From Thermoproteota archaeon (lineage in GTDB: Archaea; Thermoproteota; Thermoprotei; Thermofilales; B9-G17): a stretch of 64,000 bases of DNA. The position numbers and the translations under genes were made by a program. Where the stretch lies: contig JAPDJW010000019.1 of the NCBI GenBank assembly GCA_029258885.1, forward strand, positions 1-64,000, read 5' to 3'. The notes below the pieces were generated by a model that worked only from the letters and a program-made list of their open reading frames with translations, did not search any database and had not been told where the DNA came from. Positions 10,481 to 19,549 of the stretch are shown piece after piece; position 1 is the stretch's first letter, and every line of letters begins with the position of its first letter.

Positions 10481-13400
10481 TTGAATAGTAAACTATATGA
10501 TCAGGATGAGCTCATAATTGGTGCATATCAAGAATTATTTCTCAAAGAAATAGAGAAAGCGAGAAAACTACATAATGTATTCATATGCCATGAAGCTAAG
10601 GAGGTATTACGGTTAATAGAATCGTTCATTTCGGAGTTTAATAACTTAAAGGATAAGATTACTGCTGACGATATTTTTCGTGAATTAGTAAGAAGAGAAT
10701 TAATAGCTGTTTATCCTGATAGAAGAGTAAGAACAAGACATTTAGAATTGATACTAAGATCCATTTATTCCCGTCCATATCCTAACGCATTATCTACCCT
10801 TGAATATATCATACTAAAACCATATATTTCAGTATTGTCTTCTTTTGAGGAGCATACAGGAGAGGAATTATATGAGATAACTAAAAATTATTTAAAGCAA
10901 AAAGTGGATCAGGCATTAGCAGACGTTTTTTCGAGGATTCTAGCGATCGCTTTTATGAGAGGTATTGCAGAAAAAGAATCATTAAAAGATGGTATGTTAT
11001 CTGCATATCAGTACTCTAACCTTAACACTCTATTTAGATATATTGCTAACGACCTACCTTCTATTTCGCTACTAGCAGCTCCTACAGGAACTGGTAAAAC
11101 GTGGATTTTCATTCTATACGCTATAGCTAGAATACTGGAGGCTAAAGCAAGTGGTGAAATAAGTGGAGTAAAAGTCCTTATAATATATCCTCGAAAAGCG
11201 CTTGCACGCGACCAGGCCGAAAGAATACTAAAACTACTTCGTATCATTAACGAAGAACTCAAATGTAGAAATCTGGAAAGTTATAAAATAACTCTTGGTA
11301 TATGGGATAAAGATTCTCCATATTACTGGAAGGATGTTGAAGAAAAACGACAGAAAGGCATGGTTGAATTTAGGGGAATAAAGTGTCCTATATGTGGTAG
11401 GAAGTTGGTCTACGATATATCAGCAAAAGTTATAAGGTGTTCATCATGCAAAGGTAAATTCGATTATATAGGGGATGTAAGAGAATGGATTGTTGATACA
11501 GAGCCTGATATACTCATTACAAACTTTTGGGCTATAAACTATAGGCTCATTAGTAAACGTTTTAAGCGTTTGCTCGATGATTCTATTCGATGTATAATTA
11601 TAGATGAAGCACATGTGCTTAGAGATCTCACAGGAGCATTCGTATCTTATCTATTATGCAGAATTCTATTACGTCTAGCGATGCAATATAAGAAGCTATG
11701 TGAGAATTCTTCAGGTTCGTTGAAATTAGATCCTAAGGCTGAATATGATGCCCTTGAATGGATACGTGAGTACTTAAGAGCTAGAAACTTATCTATAATA
11801 CTCTCATCAGCTACAATCTCAACTGCACAAAAACTAAAGGAAAGATGTAAAGATGCGGAATTATTCGCAAAAAATGTTATTTATCCAAAAATTTATGAAA
11901 TCTTCACTAGTATCTGTAAAAGTAGAGGTTTCTCTCCTATAATATATCATGACTATGATGAAATCTACCAAAAACTTTATAGCGAGAAGCCGGAGCTCCA
12001 GAAATTACACAGAAAAATAAATATTGTGGTCATTATTGCTCCTCATCCATCAAGAGGTTTAGAAACAATAGCACAAACCGTAATGCTATGTAACCTTTTC
12101 TGGTCTAAAACGTTTAATCAGAAATTTCTTTTCTTTGTAAATAATAAAGAGGCAATAGAGCGTCTATATCATTTCATCCGTGATATAATAATAAGAGAAC
12201 GTGGAGAAATCTATGATCACGTTTTTCTCTCTGATAGAAATCCCGGAACAAATAGAAGCAACTACATATATAAATCATGGAAAAGTCATGAAAATGTGTT
12301 ATTAAGCAATAATTATATCTTAATCAAGGCTTTAGAAGATCCACTTTACTGGCTCTCGTTTACTTACATTTCATACTTAAGTAGTTTAATATCACAAAAT
12401 AGGAATTTAGATAAAATATTAATATCTCTGAACTCTAATCAGAATATCCACTTTAACAATCTATTAAATCTTGCAGAGGCTACGTGTAACGGTATATTTA
12501 GAAGGAATACCTCATACTTAGAGATTCATCATGCGGATCTGAATAAAGCACGACGTCAGAAAATAGAGGAAGAGCTTAAAAAGGGTAACTTGCTAGGAGT
12601 TCTTTGTACATCAACACTAGAGTTGGGAATAGATATCGACAATGTATCAACAATAATTCAGTATAAACCGCCGACAGCTGAGAGCTTTGTTCAAAGGCTT
12701 GGAAGGGCTGGTCGGAGACGAGAAACAATGTATATAGCAATAGGTTTCTTGCTTATAAGTAACTTTGATATATTATATCTCAACGAGGAATATTCGTCAA
12801 GAGAGCTATTTAACATTAGGCCAGCGTTGTTGCCTCACGATAATCATCGTATACGCGCAAATGCTATTTACTATGCTATGTTTGATCTTTTAGCATACTT
12901 TGGTCATAAGCTAAGCTACCGTAGGAGAATTAGAGATGCTGACAATATAAAAAATGAAATTCAAAGTATTTGTCATACGTTAACCAGGTACGAGAAAACC
13001 TTTAAATCAATCATAGCCAGCCTCTATGGTCTTTCGATAGAAGATGTTGAAAAAGAGTATGAAACATTTAAAAGCTATTTGCAGCTTTTGTATGCTAACA
13101 TAGAAAATATGAATATGGTACCCACATTTATTAAAAACATCATATATAATCTTTTGGGAAATATACAGTCTCTGAAGAATATATTGTCAAATATAATTCT
13201 TGACCTGCACTCAAGGGGGTTATTTAGTGAATCATCACAAAGGATAGCTCAGTTAACAATGAAACTAGATGATTTATGTGAAAAATTGTGTGAAATAGAT
13301 CTTTATTACGACGCATATCCGGATTATTTATTAAATCGTAAAAATACTACGTCAGCTAGCATTAAGGAATATAAACATATGCTAGAAGAAACGCTGAATG

Positions 13401-13567
13401 ATCTATTGAGTATAAAAATAGGCAAGTATGGTATTCTAAGTTTGAAAATCGAAAAGGCGGAGAATAAAATAAGAGAAATTATAGGTGATCTTAAGGCAGT
13501 AATTTATTTCTTGGAAACAGGACTTAATTATCTTTTTACGAATAATCTTAGGCGCATTTTGAGGTGA
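10481..13567 (+). CDS. SF2 DEAD/DEAH helicase with Zn-finger insert (DpdJ/DrmA/DruE-like N-terminal module)
   Basis: APTGTGKT, IYPRKALARDQ, CPICG..CSSC, IIDEAH, SSAT, HHADL, TSTLELGIDI and QRLGRAGR motifs all intact. Confidence 0.9.
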   Translation: MNSKLYDQDELIIGAYQELFLKEIEKARKLHNVFICHEAKEVLRLIESFISEFNNLKDKITADDIFRELVRRELIAVYPDRRVRTRHLELILRSIYSRPYPNALSTLEYIILKPYISVLSSFEEHTGEELYEITKNYLKQKVDQALADVFSRILAIAFMRGIAEKESLKDGMLSAYQYSNLNTLFRYIANDLPSISLLAAPTGTGKTWIFILYAIARILEAKASGEISGVKVLIIYPRKALARDQAERILKLLRIINEELKCRNLESYKITLGIWDKDSPYYWKDVEEKRQKGMVEFRGIKCPICGRKLVYDISAKVIRCSSCKGKFDYIGDVREWIVDTEPDILITNFWAINYRLISKRFKRLLDDSIRCIIIDEAHVLRDLTGAFVSYLLCRILLRLAMQYKKLCENSSGSLKLDPKAEYDALEWIREYLRARNLSIILSSATISTAQKLKERCKDAELFAKNVIYPKIYEIFTSICKSRGFSPIIYHDYDEIYQKLYSEKPELQKLHRKINIVVIIAPHPSRGLETIAQTVMLCNLFWSKTFNQKFLFFVNNKEAIERLYHFIRDIIIRERGEIYDHVFLSDRNPGTNRSNYIYKSWKSHENVLLSNNYILIKALEDPLYWLSFTYISYLSSLISQNRNLDKILISLNSNQNIHFNNLLNLAEATCNGIFRRNTSYLEIHHADLNKARRQKIEEELKKGNLLGVLCTSTLELGIDIDNVSTIIQYKPPTAESFVQRLGRAGRRRETMYIAIGFLLISNFDILYLNEEYSSRELFNIRPALLPHDNHRIRANAIYYAMFDLLAYFGHKLSYRRRIRDADNIKNEIQSICHTLTRYEKTFKSIIASLYGLSIEDVEKEYETFKSYLQLLYANIENMNMVPTFIKNIIYNLLGNIQSLKNILSNIILDLHSRGLFSESSQRIAQLTMKLDDLCEKLCEIDLYYDAYPDYLLNRKNTTSASIKEYKHMLEETLNDLLSIKIGKYGILSLKIEKAENKIREIIGDLKAVIYFLETGLNYLFTNNLRRILR

Positions 13568-13573
13568 ATTGTT

Positions 13574-16066
13574 ATGCAAAAAAGAGTTATTGAGTTATTT
13601 AGGTTACTTAAAGAGGGTGTATGCTTTAGGAGGCTTTCGGATCCACTACATATGGGTAGAAGTACAGTTCAAGAATGTAGACTTATAAAAAAGTACTCTG
13701 TGCACCCTGATGGACAGGAAGAAGGACCTAAATGGCCAGTAACAGACGTTTTATATACATGGCTTAGACCTTTAAATATCCGCCGACTAGAGATTCAGCA
13801 GCAAAGGCAATGGGGTATTCTACTTTCCCCATCTTATAGCCTCTATAGAGTCAGAAGGTTTGATCATAAAAGAAGGATAGTTGAAATAGAGCGGGTATGG
13901 GGATCGCGTATTTACATAGATTCCTTAGATTATCTTCCCTATAGTTGTTATCCCGATTCGTCATTTAGCTATGGGGAGAAATCGAATATCCGGCAGGCAT
14001 GCATCCCCGAATTTGTAACATATATTACTTTTAGTCTGCTTCCTGAAGCCGATAAACCTTTGCTATACATATGCGGTAGGAAGCGGGATCATGTACTAGA
14101 AGCATTGAATCTCGTATATATCTCAAGACCGATGGAGGAACTTGATAGTATACCAGTTGTATACTCATATGATTGTAGCTTTGTATGGATAGGCGTCACG
14201 TTAGAAGATTTACGTAGAATGGGTTTCAGAATACCTCCAGTAAACTATAAAATAGAGGAAATTACAAGAAAGGTTTCAAAGACTATAAGTTTTAACAGGA
14301 AGTATGCTTACGATGACCTACTAGAGAGCCAGAGTGTAAATAGGGCTATACGTTCTCATGCCGTAGTTAAAGTATACATTGATGCTCTAGATGTGAAATA
14401 TTCTTCATGGCGCCCTATATTGGATATTGAGGATCATGGTTTTTATGTTGGAATAGTGCCTAAAATATGTTTTAAGAAGGTACTTCTCGGATCACGCTTA
14501 AGAACAACCACCACAATGGCGTCTTCAACACCCATATATATTAACATGGGCACTTATCAGAGAGGACATGGGGGAGGAATAGGCGTTAGGATAGTTAATA
14601 GTGAAGGACTGGCTATACTTTTCGAAAAAGATAAATTTAGGAAGCTTATAGAAGGTATAATTCTTAGTAACATCAAACTATTAAAGACGCTGCTATTAAA
14701 ATACTTAATCTTAAGACATTGCTATGTAAAATACGTGGATTATTATGATTTTAATGCAATAATTGATTTTATTCTAGCCTTAATATTTAATGAAGATGTT
14801 GAACTTATCAAAAAATACTACGACATATTTCATGCTGGACATACAGATGAAATAATTTTTAACTTTAAGAAGATACGCTTAGATTATAATGATTTCATTA
14901 AGTATGCTACTAAAGTGGCACTTTATTCCCTAGCACAGGTATTAGCGAAAGTAATTATATCGCATGTACTCCATACGAGATTAGATAATTTCACATTATA
15001 TGTAAGTGAAGAATATAAAGTTAAAAAGGAAAATAGGGAGATTCAATGCAGCACCATAATGATCTTGGAAAATTCTCACGAGGGTCTTGGCTTCATAGAA
15101 CAGCTATATAAAATGGTTCGTACAAGTCCAGAACGGAATTTACTATCCCTTATAATAGATCCAGCTCTTCAGATGCTAGTGGATAGCAAGTCAGGAAAAG
15201 ATCTATGCTTACTATACCATGAGAGTATAAAGCAGAGAGATAGAAATCTAGTAGCTAGCTTATGTAGGAGCAGTCAAGAGCTAGATCAGATAAGAAGACA
15301 CCTACAATACTTAGTACATGAATGGAATAAGAACGTAAATACGTATTTTCCATCCGACTTCATGCGACTCCTATTATATCGCTATTTGGGCAGAGTCGAT
15401 CAAGACCTACGTCGAAAACTTAACATGGATGCGTTCCTTCGTAGTGCAATACCACAGATCTATAACGTTGAGGCACCTTTCTGCTGGGATAGTTGCCAAA
15501 GATGTGTAAGGCTAAAGAAAGCATACTTATTATCACCAATAGATCAAATATTTTACACTTCGAAGAGTCTGACAATAGGATTACTCAAAGCGTTATCAGA
15601 TATCCTTAAACCTGGTAAAAATTCATCAATAAGAACAGGCTGTGGACTAGGTCATAGTGTCTTAAACTTAATGAAGCATGCAAATAGTGAAATAAGAATA
15701 ATGAGCCCTTGGATCTCGCCGGACATAGTAAGGCAATTAATAAATTTAGCACTAGAAAAAGGATTGAAGATAAGGATAATAACACATCCGCCAAAAAGAG
15801 GAGAACCAAAACCTCACATACAAGCCATACAAATCCTAAAAAAGGCATCTAAAAGGTTAGATAAAATTAAGGTAAAATATGATGAGAAAGTACATGCAAA
15901 AGTAATAATAATAGATGATAAACTTCTTATAACAGGTTCAATGAACTTAACGAAAAGAGGAACGGAAATCAATATCGAAAGTATAACTGTATGCAGAAAT
16001 AAAGCAGAAATATACACTACTATTGCAGATTATGAAAAACTATGGATTAATTCTTTATCAGAATAA
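13574..16066 (+). CDS. DUF1998-like (MrfA/DrmB) Zn-binding protein fused to a C-terminal phospholipase D-family nuclease
   Basis: ILENSHEGLGFIEQL and CWDSCQRC; C-terminal SPWIS, HAKVIIID (single HKD) and TGSMNLT. Confidence 0.8.
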   Translation: MQKRVIELFRLLKEGVCFRRLSDPLHMGRSTVQECRLIKKYSVHPDGQEEGPKWPVTDVLYTWLRPLNIRRLEIQQQRQWGILLSPSYSLYRVRRFDHKRRIVEIERVWGSRIYIDSLDYLPYSCYPDSSFSYGEKSNIRQACIPEFVTYITFSLLPEADKPLLYICGRKRDHVLEALNLVYISRPMEELDSIPVVYSYDCSFVWIGVTLEDLRRMGFRIPPVNYKIEEITRKVSKTISFNRKYAYDDLLESQSVNRAIRSHAVVKVYIDALDVKYSSWRPILDIEDHGFYVGIVPKICFKKVLLGSRLRTTTTMASSTPIYINMGTYQRGHGGGIGVRIVNSEGLAILFEKDKFRKLIEGIILSNIKLLKTLLLKYLILRHCYVKYVDYYDFNAIIDFILALIFNEDVELIKKYYDIFHAGHTDEIIFNFKKIRLDYNDFIKYATKVALYSLAQVLAKVIISHVLHTRLDNFTLYVSEEYKVKKENREIQCSTIMILENSHEGLGFIEQLYKMVRTSPERNLLSLIIDPALQMLVDSKSGKDLCLLYHESIKQRDRNLVASLCRSSQELDQIRRHLQYLVHEWNKNVNTYFPSDFMRLLLYRYLGRVDQDLRRKLNMDAFLRSAIPQIYNVEAPFCWDSCQRCVRLKKAYLLSPIDQIFYTSKSLTIGLLKALSDILKPGKNSSIRTGCGLGHSVLNLMKHANSEIRIMSPWISPDIVRQLINLALEKGLKIRIITHPPKRGEPKPHIQAIQILKKASKRLDKIKVKYDEKVHAKVIIIDDKLLITGSMNLTKRGTEINIESITVCRNKAEIYTTIADYEKLWINSLSE

Positions 16067-16197
16067 TATAAGTAATAATATGTGCTATATGGGTAGGTAA
16101 TATGCGGGCTTGTTAAATTTCAGGCTATGCTTCATATAGTTCAATGGAATAATTGACGTTTTATGTAAGAATAGATATTGGGCGTGTTTGAGCGTTG

Positions 16198-16207
16198 TTT
16201 TTATATA
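16198..16207 (+). promoter_or_regulatory. Putative TATA box of the ATPase-nuclease operon
   Basis: TTTTTATATA about 30 bp upstream of ATG 16236, with a GGTGA SD-like motif just before the start. Confidence 0.45.
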
Positions 16208-16235
16208 TGTTTTTGGTATATTTTAGTGGTGAATT

Positions 16236-17702
16236 ATGGTTTCTGGTTTGTTGAGGTATGGTTTGAGGTTTAATCCTTTTCCTAGGGGTGAGGCTGAGCA
16301 GTATATTGATACTCCTGAGAGGTTGAATATTTTCCTGTTTGATATGGAGAGGAGGAGGCTTTGTGAATACGCTTCTGAGGTGTCGAATTCAAGTGTGAGT
16401 TTTGTAGTTACGGGTGGGTGGGGTACTGGTAAGTCTCTTTTTCTGCTGTATTTCTATAGGTTGTTGAGGGAGAAGTTTGGATCTGATAATGTTGTTTTGG
16501 TGTATGTTAAGGCTCCTAGTAGCTCGTATGATATTCTTGCTAGGATATATGACTTCTTTGCTGGGAAGGGTCTTATTAAGAGGTCTAGAAGGGAGATGTC
16601 GAGGGATGATCTTCTGGGGGTTATTAGGGATGTTTCCGCTAGGCTTGTTGATGAGGGTAGAGTTGTCTATATAGCTGTTGATCAGCTTGAGAGTGTACTG
16701 GAGTGTCTTTTGTCTTCTTCGGAGAGTGGGGAAGTTGGTAGATTAGCTGAGACTTTGCGTGGAGGTCTTTCGGCGATGTTGGGTAGAAGATATGCGTTAG
16801 GTGTTTCTGCTATTGATGTATATTGGAGGCTTTTCTCTGAAGGTTGGGAGTCCATTAGGGGTCTTGATATAATTACTTTGCGTCCTCTCCTTAGGGAGGA
16901 GGCGGCTAGGTTTATTGAAAGCTACCTTGATATTGCACGTGATAATGAATATATTAATGGTGTACCGGAACTTAGGGAGGCTATTAAAAATAATCCTCTT
17001 TATCCATTTACAATGGAGGCTGTTAATGAGCTTTGGGCTTATAGTCGTGGTGTTGAGAGATACTTGTGTAGCTGGGCTAGTAAGGCCTTGGATTTAGTCG
17101 TGGAGCAGAATATTCCCGAGATTGGTGTTGATCTCATTAGGATTGCTATTGATCAGAGATATGAGTTTTACATAACTGCTGGTAACGAGGTCTTTAGGTA
17201 TCATTATACGCGTGTTGTTCCATTGGTTAGGGAGATTATGGCCTGGTTTTCGGAGAACGTTCCGAGTGCTAATATCGTGTACTTGGGGCAGGTGGATAAT
17301 GTACTGCTTATCTCTGTTAAAGATAAGCCTGTGGCTATAATTAACATCTTTGGCTTCTTTAAATCTGACCATGTGAAGTATATTAAGGAGATTATTGATA
17401 ACGGTGTAAAGATTGGAAACCGTATATTTAAGCCTGAAAAGGTTCTTATTCTCTTGTGGGTGTCTAAACGTCTATTGCCTAGTAAGACTATGGATGTGGA
17501 GGCTAGAATGTTTTGGTATGAAAATCGAGATAAAGTTTTAATTAAAAGAATTAATCGAGACGATGTTTTAGCCTGGGGTCGTCTTGCTGCATACTATGCT
17601 ATAATAACTGGTTGTCTACCCGATTATTTATCCTCTGATAAGGAGAGAGAGGAGGAGAAGCGTGAAATCCTTAGGATCTTAGGTATTTCCGATATTATGT
17701 AG
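16236..17702 (+). CDS. P-loop/AAA+ ATPase with atypical Walker B
   Basis: N-terminal FNPFP, Walker A GGWGTGKS, Walker B IAVDQLE, and lid region YPFT.EA..LW..S.G..R. Confidence 0.8.
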   Translation: MVSGLLRYGLRFNPFPRGEAEQYIDTPERLNIFLFDMERRRLCEYASEVSNSSVSFVVTGGWGTGKSLFLLYFYRLLREKFGSDNVVLVYVKAPSSSYDILARIYDFFAGKGLIKRSRREMSRDDLLGVIRDVSARLVDEGRVVYIAVDQLESVLECLLSSSESGEVGRLAETLRGGLSAMLGRRYALGVSAIDVYWRLFSEGWESIRGLDIITLRPLLREEAARFIESYLDIARDNEYINGVPELREAIKNNPLYPFTMEAVNELWAYSRGVERYLCSWASKALDLVVEQNIPEIGVDLIRIAIDQRYEFYITAGNEVFRYHYTRVVPLVREIMAWFSENVPSANIVYLGQVDNVLLISVKDKPVAIINIFGFFKSDHVKYIKEIIDNGVKIGNRIFKPEKVLILLWVSKRLLPSKTMDVEARMFWYENRDKVLIKRINRDDVLAWGRLAAYYAIITGCLPDYLSSDKEREEEKREILRILGISDIM

Positions 17703-17720
17703 CTAGAGGGTTATATCGTC

Positions 17721-18617
17721 ATGGTTGGAAGGGAGGTGATTGAGTCTATTTACCATAGATTCAGGGAGCAAGCAGTTATTTTGGGTTATGAGTCACTGAA
17801 TTTATCTAGGTTTGGTGGCGAGCCAGACGCTATAGTAATCTCCCGTTATGGGGATGGGCTTAAGCTTGATAATTCAAAGTTTGAGTATCGGGCAATAGTT
17901 TTCGAGTTTAAAACTTCTGTTAATTACAGGGATTTGGCTCAACTTATTCGCTATAAGACTGTTTATGGTCCAACTTTTTTAGTTGTTACACGCGAAAACA
18001 GTGTTCCATATCTCTTCAGGCAAATATTATCTAGTGAGGGTATAGGTCTGATTTATTTCCGTAACGGTCAGCTTGCTTTAGAGCTTGAGGCTTGTAATGA
18101 TCCCTCTAGGGAGGTAATGCTTGGAGAGATCATGTTCTGGTATGTTGTATCTATGATAACTCATCTCATAAACTTATATTCGTCTGATAGGCGGGGATTT
18201 ACGAGAATATACGATGCTTTGAGACGTAAGATGCTTTCCTCCAGCGAAATAGAGCTGGTTAAACTATATGGGGAATTGAAAAATATGCTTTGTTGCCTGA
18301 AACCTTCCTTAGAGGTGCTGGGTGTCTGCCTTAAGGTAACTGAGGATGTCCTGAAGATATTTGATCAAGAATGTCTACCTGAAAATTTCATGGAGCTAGT
18401 TAGATACATCAATGGTAAGCTAAATATGGTGCATGTTATTAGGGAGTTGAGGGATCTTGTTGGTGATCCCGCTAAGCTTTGGGTTAGAGCTTCGAGCGGT
18501 CTCAAGTATTATTTAGGCCTTAAGCACCATCCTATAAATGCTAATAGTCTGGCTAGGTATATTGATAGCATCTATAGGAGGTTATCTATTCTAGATGAAT
18601 GTGGGCTTGAAAAATGA
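17721..18617 (+). CDS. PD-(D/E)XK superfamily endonuclease-like protein
   Basis: GEPDAIV...VFEFKT...QLIRY (PD, ExK and QxxxY motifs) in the N-terminal half; 18 bp after the ATPase. Confidence 0.7.
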   Translation: MVGREVIESIYHRFREQAVILGYESLNLSRFGGEPDAIVISRYGDGLKLDNSKFEYRAIVFEFKTSVNYRDLAQLIRYKTVYGPTFLVVTRENSVPYLFRQILSSEGIGLIYFRNGQLALELEACNDPSREVMLGEIMFWYVVSMITHLINLYSSDRRGFTRIYDALRRKMLSSSEIELVKLYGELKNMLCCLKPSLEVLGVCLKVTEDVLKIFDQECLPENFMELVRYINGKLNMVHVIRELRDLVGDPAKLWVRASSGLKYYLGLKHHPINANSLARYIDSIYRRLSILDECGLEK

Positions 18618-19496
18618 AATTGTTAATGGCTCGATTTTACCGTTTGGACTAAGCAACCAGCTTACTTTTACTTTTCCATAGTATGCTGGCGTATCTAAGC
18701 TCCTCAGATATTCCCTAAATTCGTTCCATGTGAGCTTTCTATAGTTGAGTCTTTCAAGTTTTTTATTGAGAATTTCGAAGAGCCCTTCGGTTCCCCATAT
18801 TTCCTTATTTCCTACTGCTGCTATATACCCGTATGGTGTGCCCTGCTTTAGGTGCCATCCTTTGTTTTGGCTTATTTCAATATATGTTTCCTCTAGCAAC
18901 CTGTAGAGTGTTTTAAGTTCTGGTACTTTTGTGAGCTTCTTGTACAGTTTTTCGTAGGCGTCGGGTTTTACGTTTTTTACTTTCTGGAGACTCTGCCTGT
19001 ATCCGATGATTATTCTTCTGACCGTTAGACCTAATATTTCCGCCAGTTCTGCCAGTTCTATCGGTACTACATTTGGATGTAGAAATAGAAGGTATGGGTA
19101 TACATTTAATATACCTCTTCCTCTAGATCTCTTATAGGGCTTCCATATAACTCTCGAGAGTTCTATTGAATGCTTCAGCTCTTGTGGGTTTTCTAGGTTT
19201 TCCGGATATTTCCATTTTATTATGCTTAGTATCGCGTATGTTCTATCAGTTTTCCTTCTAGCGGTATTTAATGTGCTTAATATCACTAGAATATCGTTTT
19301 TGGATGCATTCATCCATGCTTTTACTGTCTGAGGAGAGGGAGGAACTCCCCATAGATGGATGCATGAATATGAGTCTATCAAATTGTCGGGAACTAGGCC
19401 TATTATTTTCTCTATGGTTTCTCTGTCTATTCCCTCAACTATTGATCTATGTACGTTCTCGAAGCCGCCTCGTGATATATAAATATCTTTCTGCAT
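18591..19496 (-). CDS. Hypothetical protein with EVE/PUA-like N-terminal domain
   Basis: IHLWGVPP....AWMNASKNDILVI resembles the EVE-type WG..W..(G)D pattern. C-terminal half unrecognised. Confidence 0.45.
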   Translation of the reverse strand: MQKDIYISRGGFENVHRSIVEGIDRETIEKIIGLVPDNLIDSYSCIHLWGVPPSPQTVKAWMNASKNDILVILSTLNTARRKTDRTYAILSIIKWKYPENLENPQELKHSIELSRVIWKPYKRSRGRGILNVYPYLLFLHPNVVPIELAELAEILGLTVRRIIIGYRQSLQKVKNVKPDAYEKLYKKLTKVPELKTLYRLLEETYIEISQNKGWHLKQGTPYGYIAAVGNKEIWGTEGLFEILNKKLERLNYRKLTWNEFREYLRSLDTPAYYGKVKVSWLLSPNGKIEPLTISFFKPTFI

Positions 19497-19549
19497 TCTG
19501 TTTCATTTGGTATAAAGCTTATTAACATTTAAATTTATATTATTTTACA

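Noticed and set aside
16236-18617. McrBC call
   Set aside because: The ATPase lacks the McrB-type GxPGxGKT and NxxD signature, and the partner shows no McrC features.
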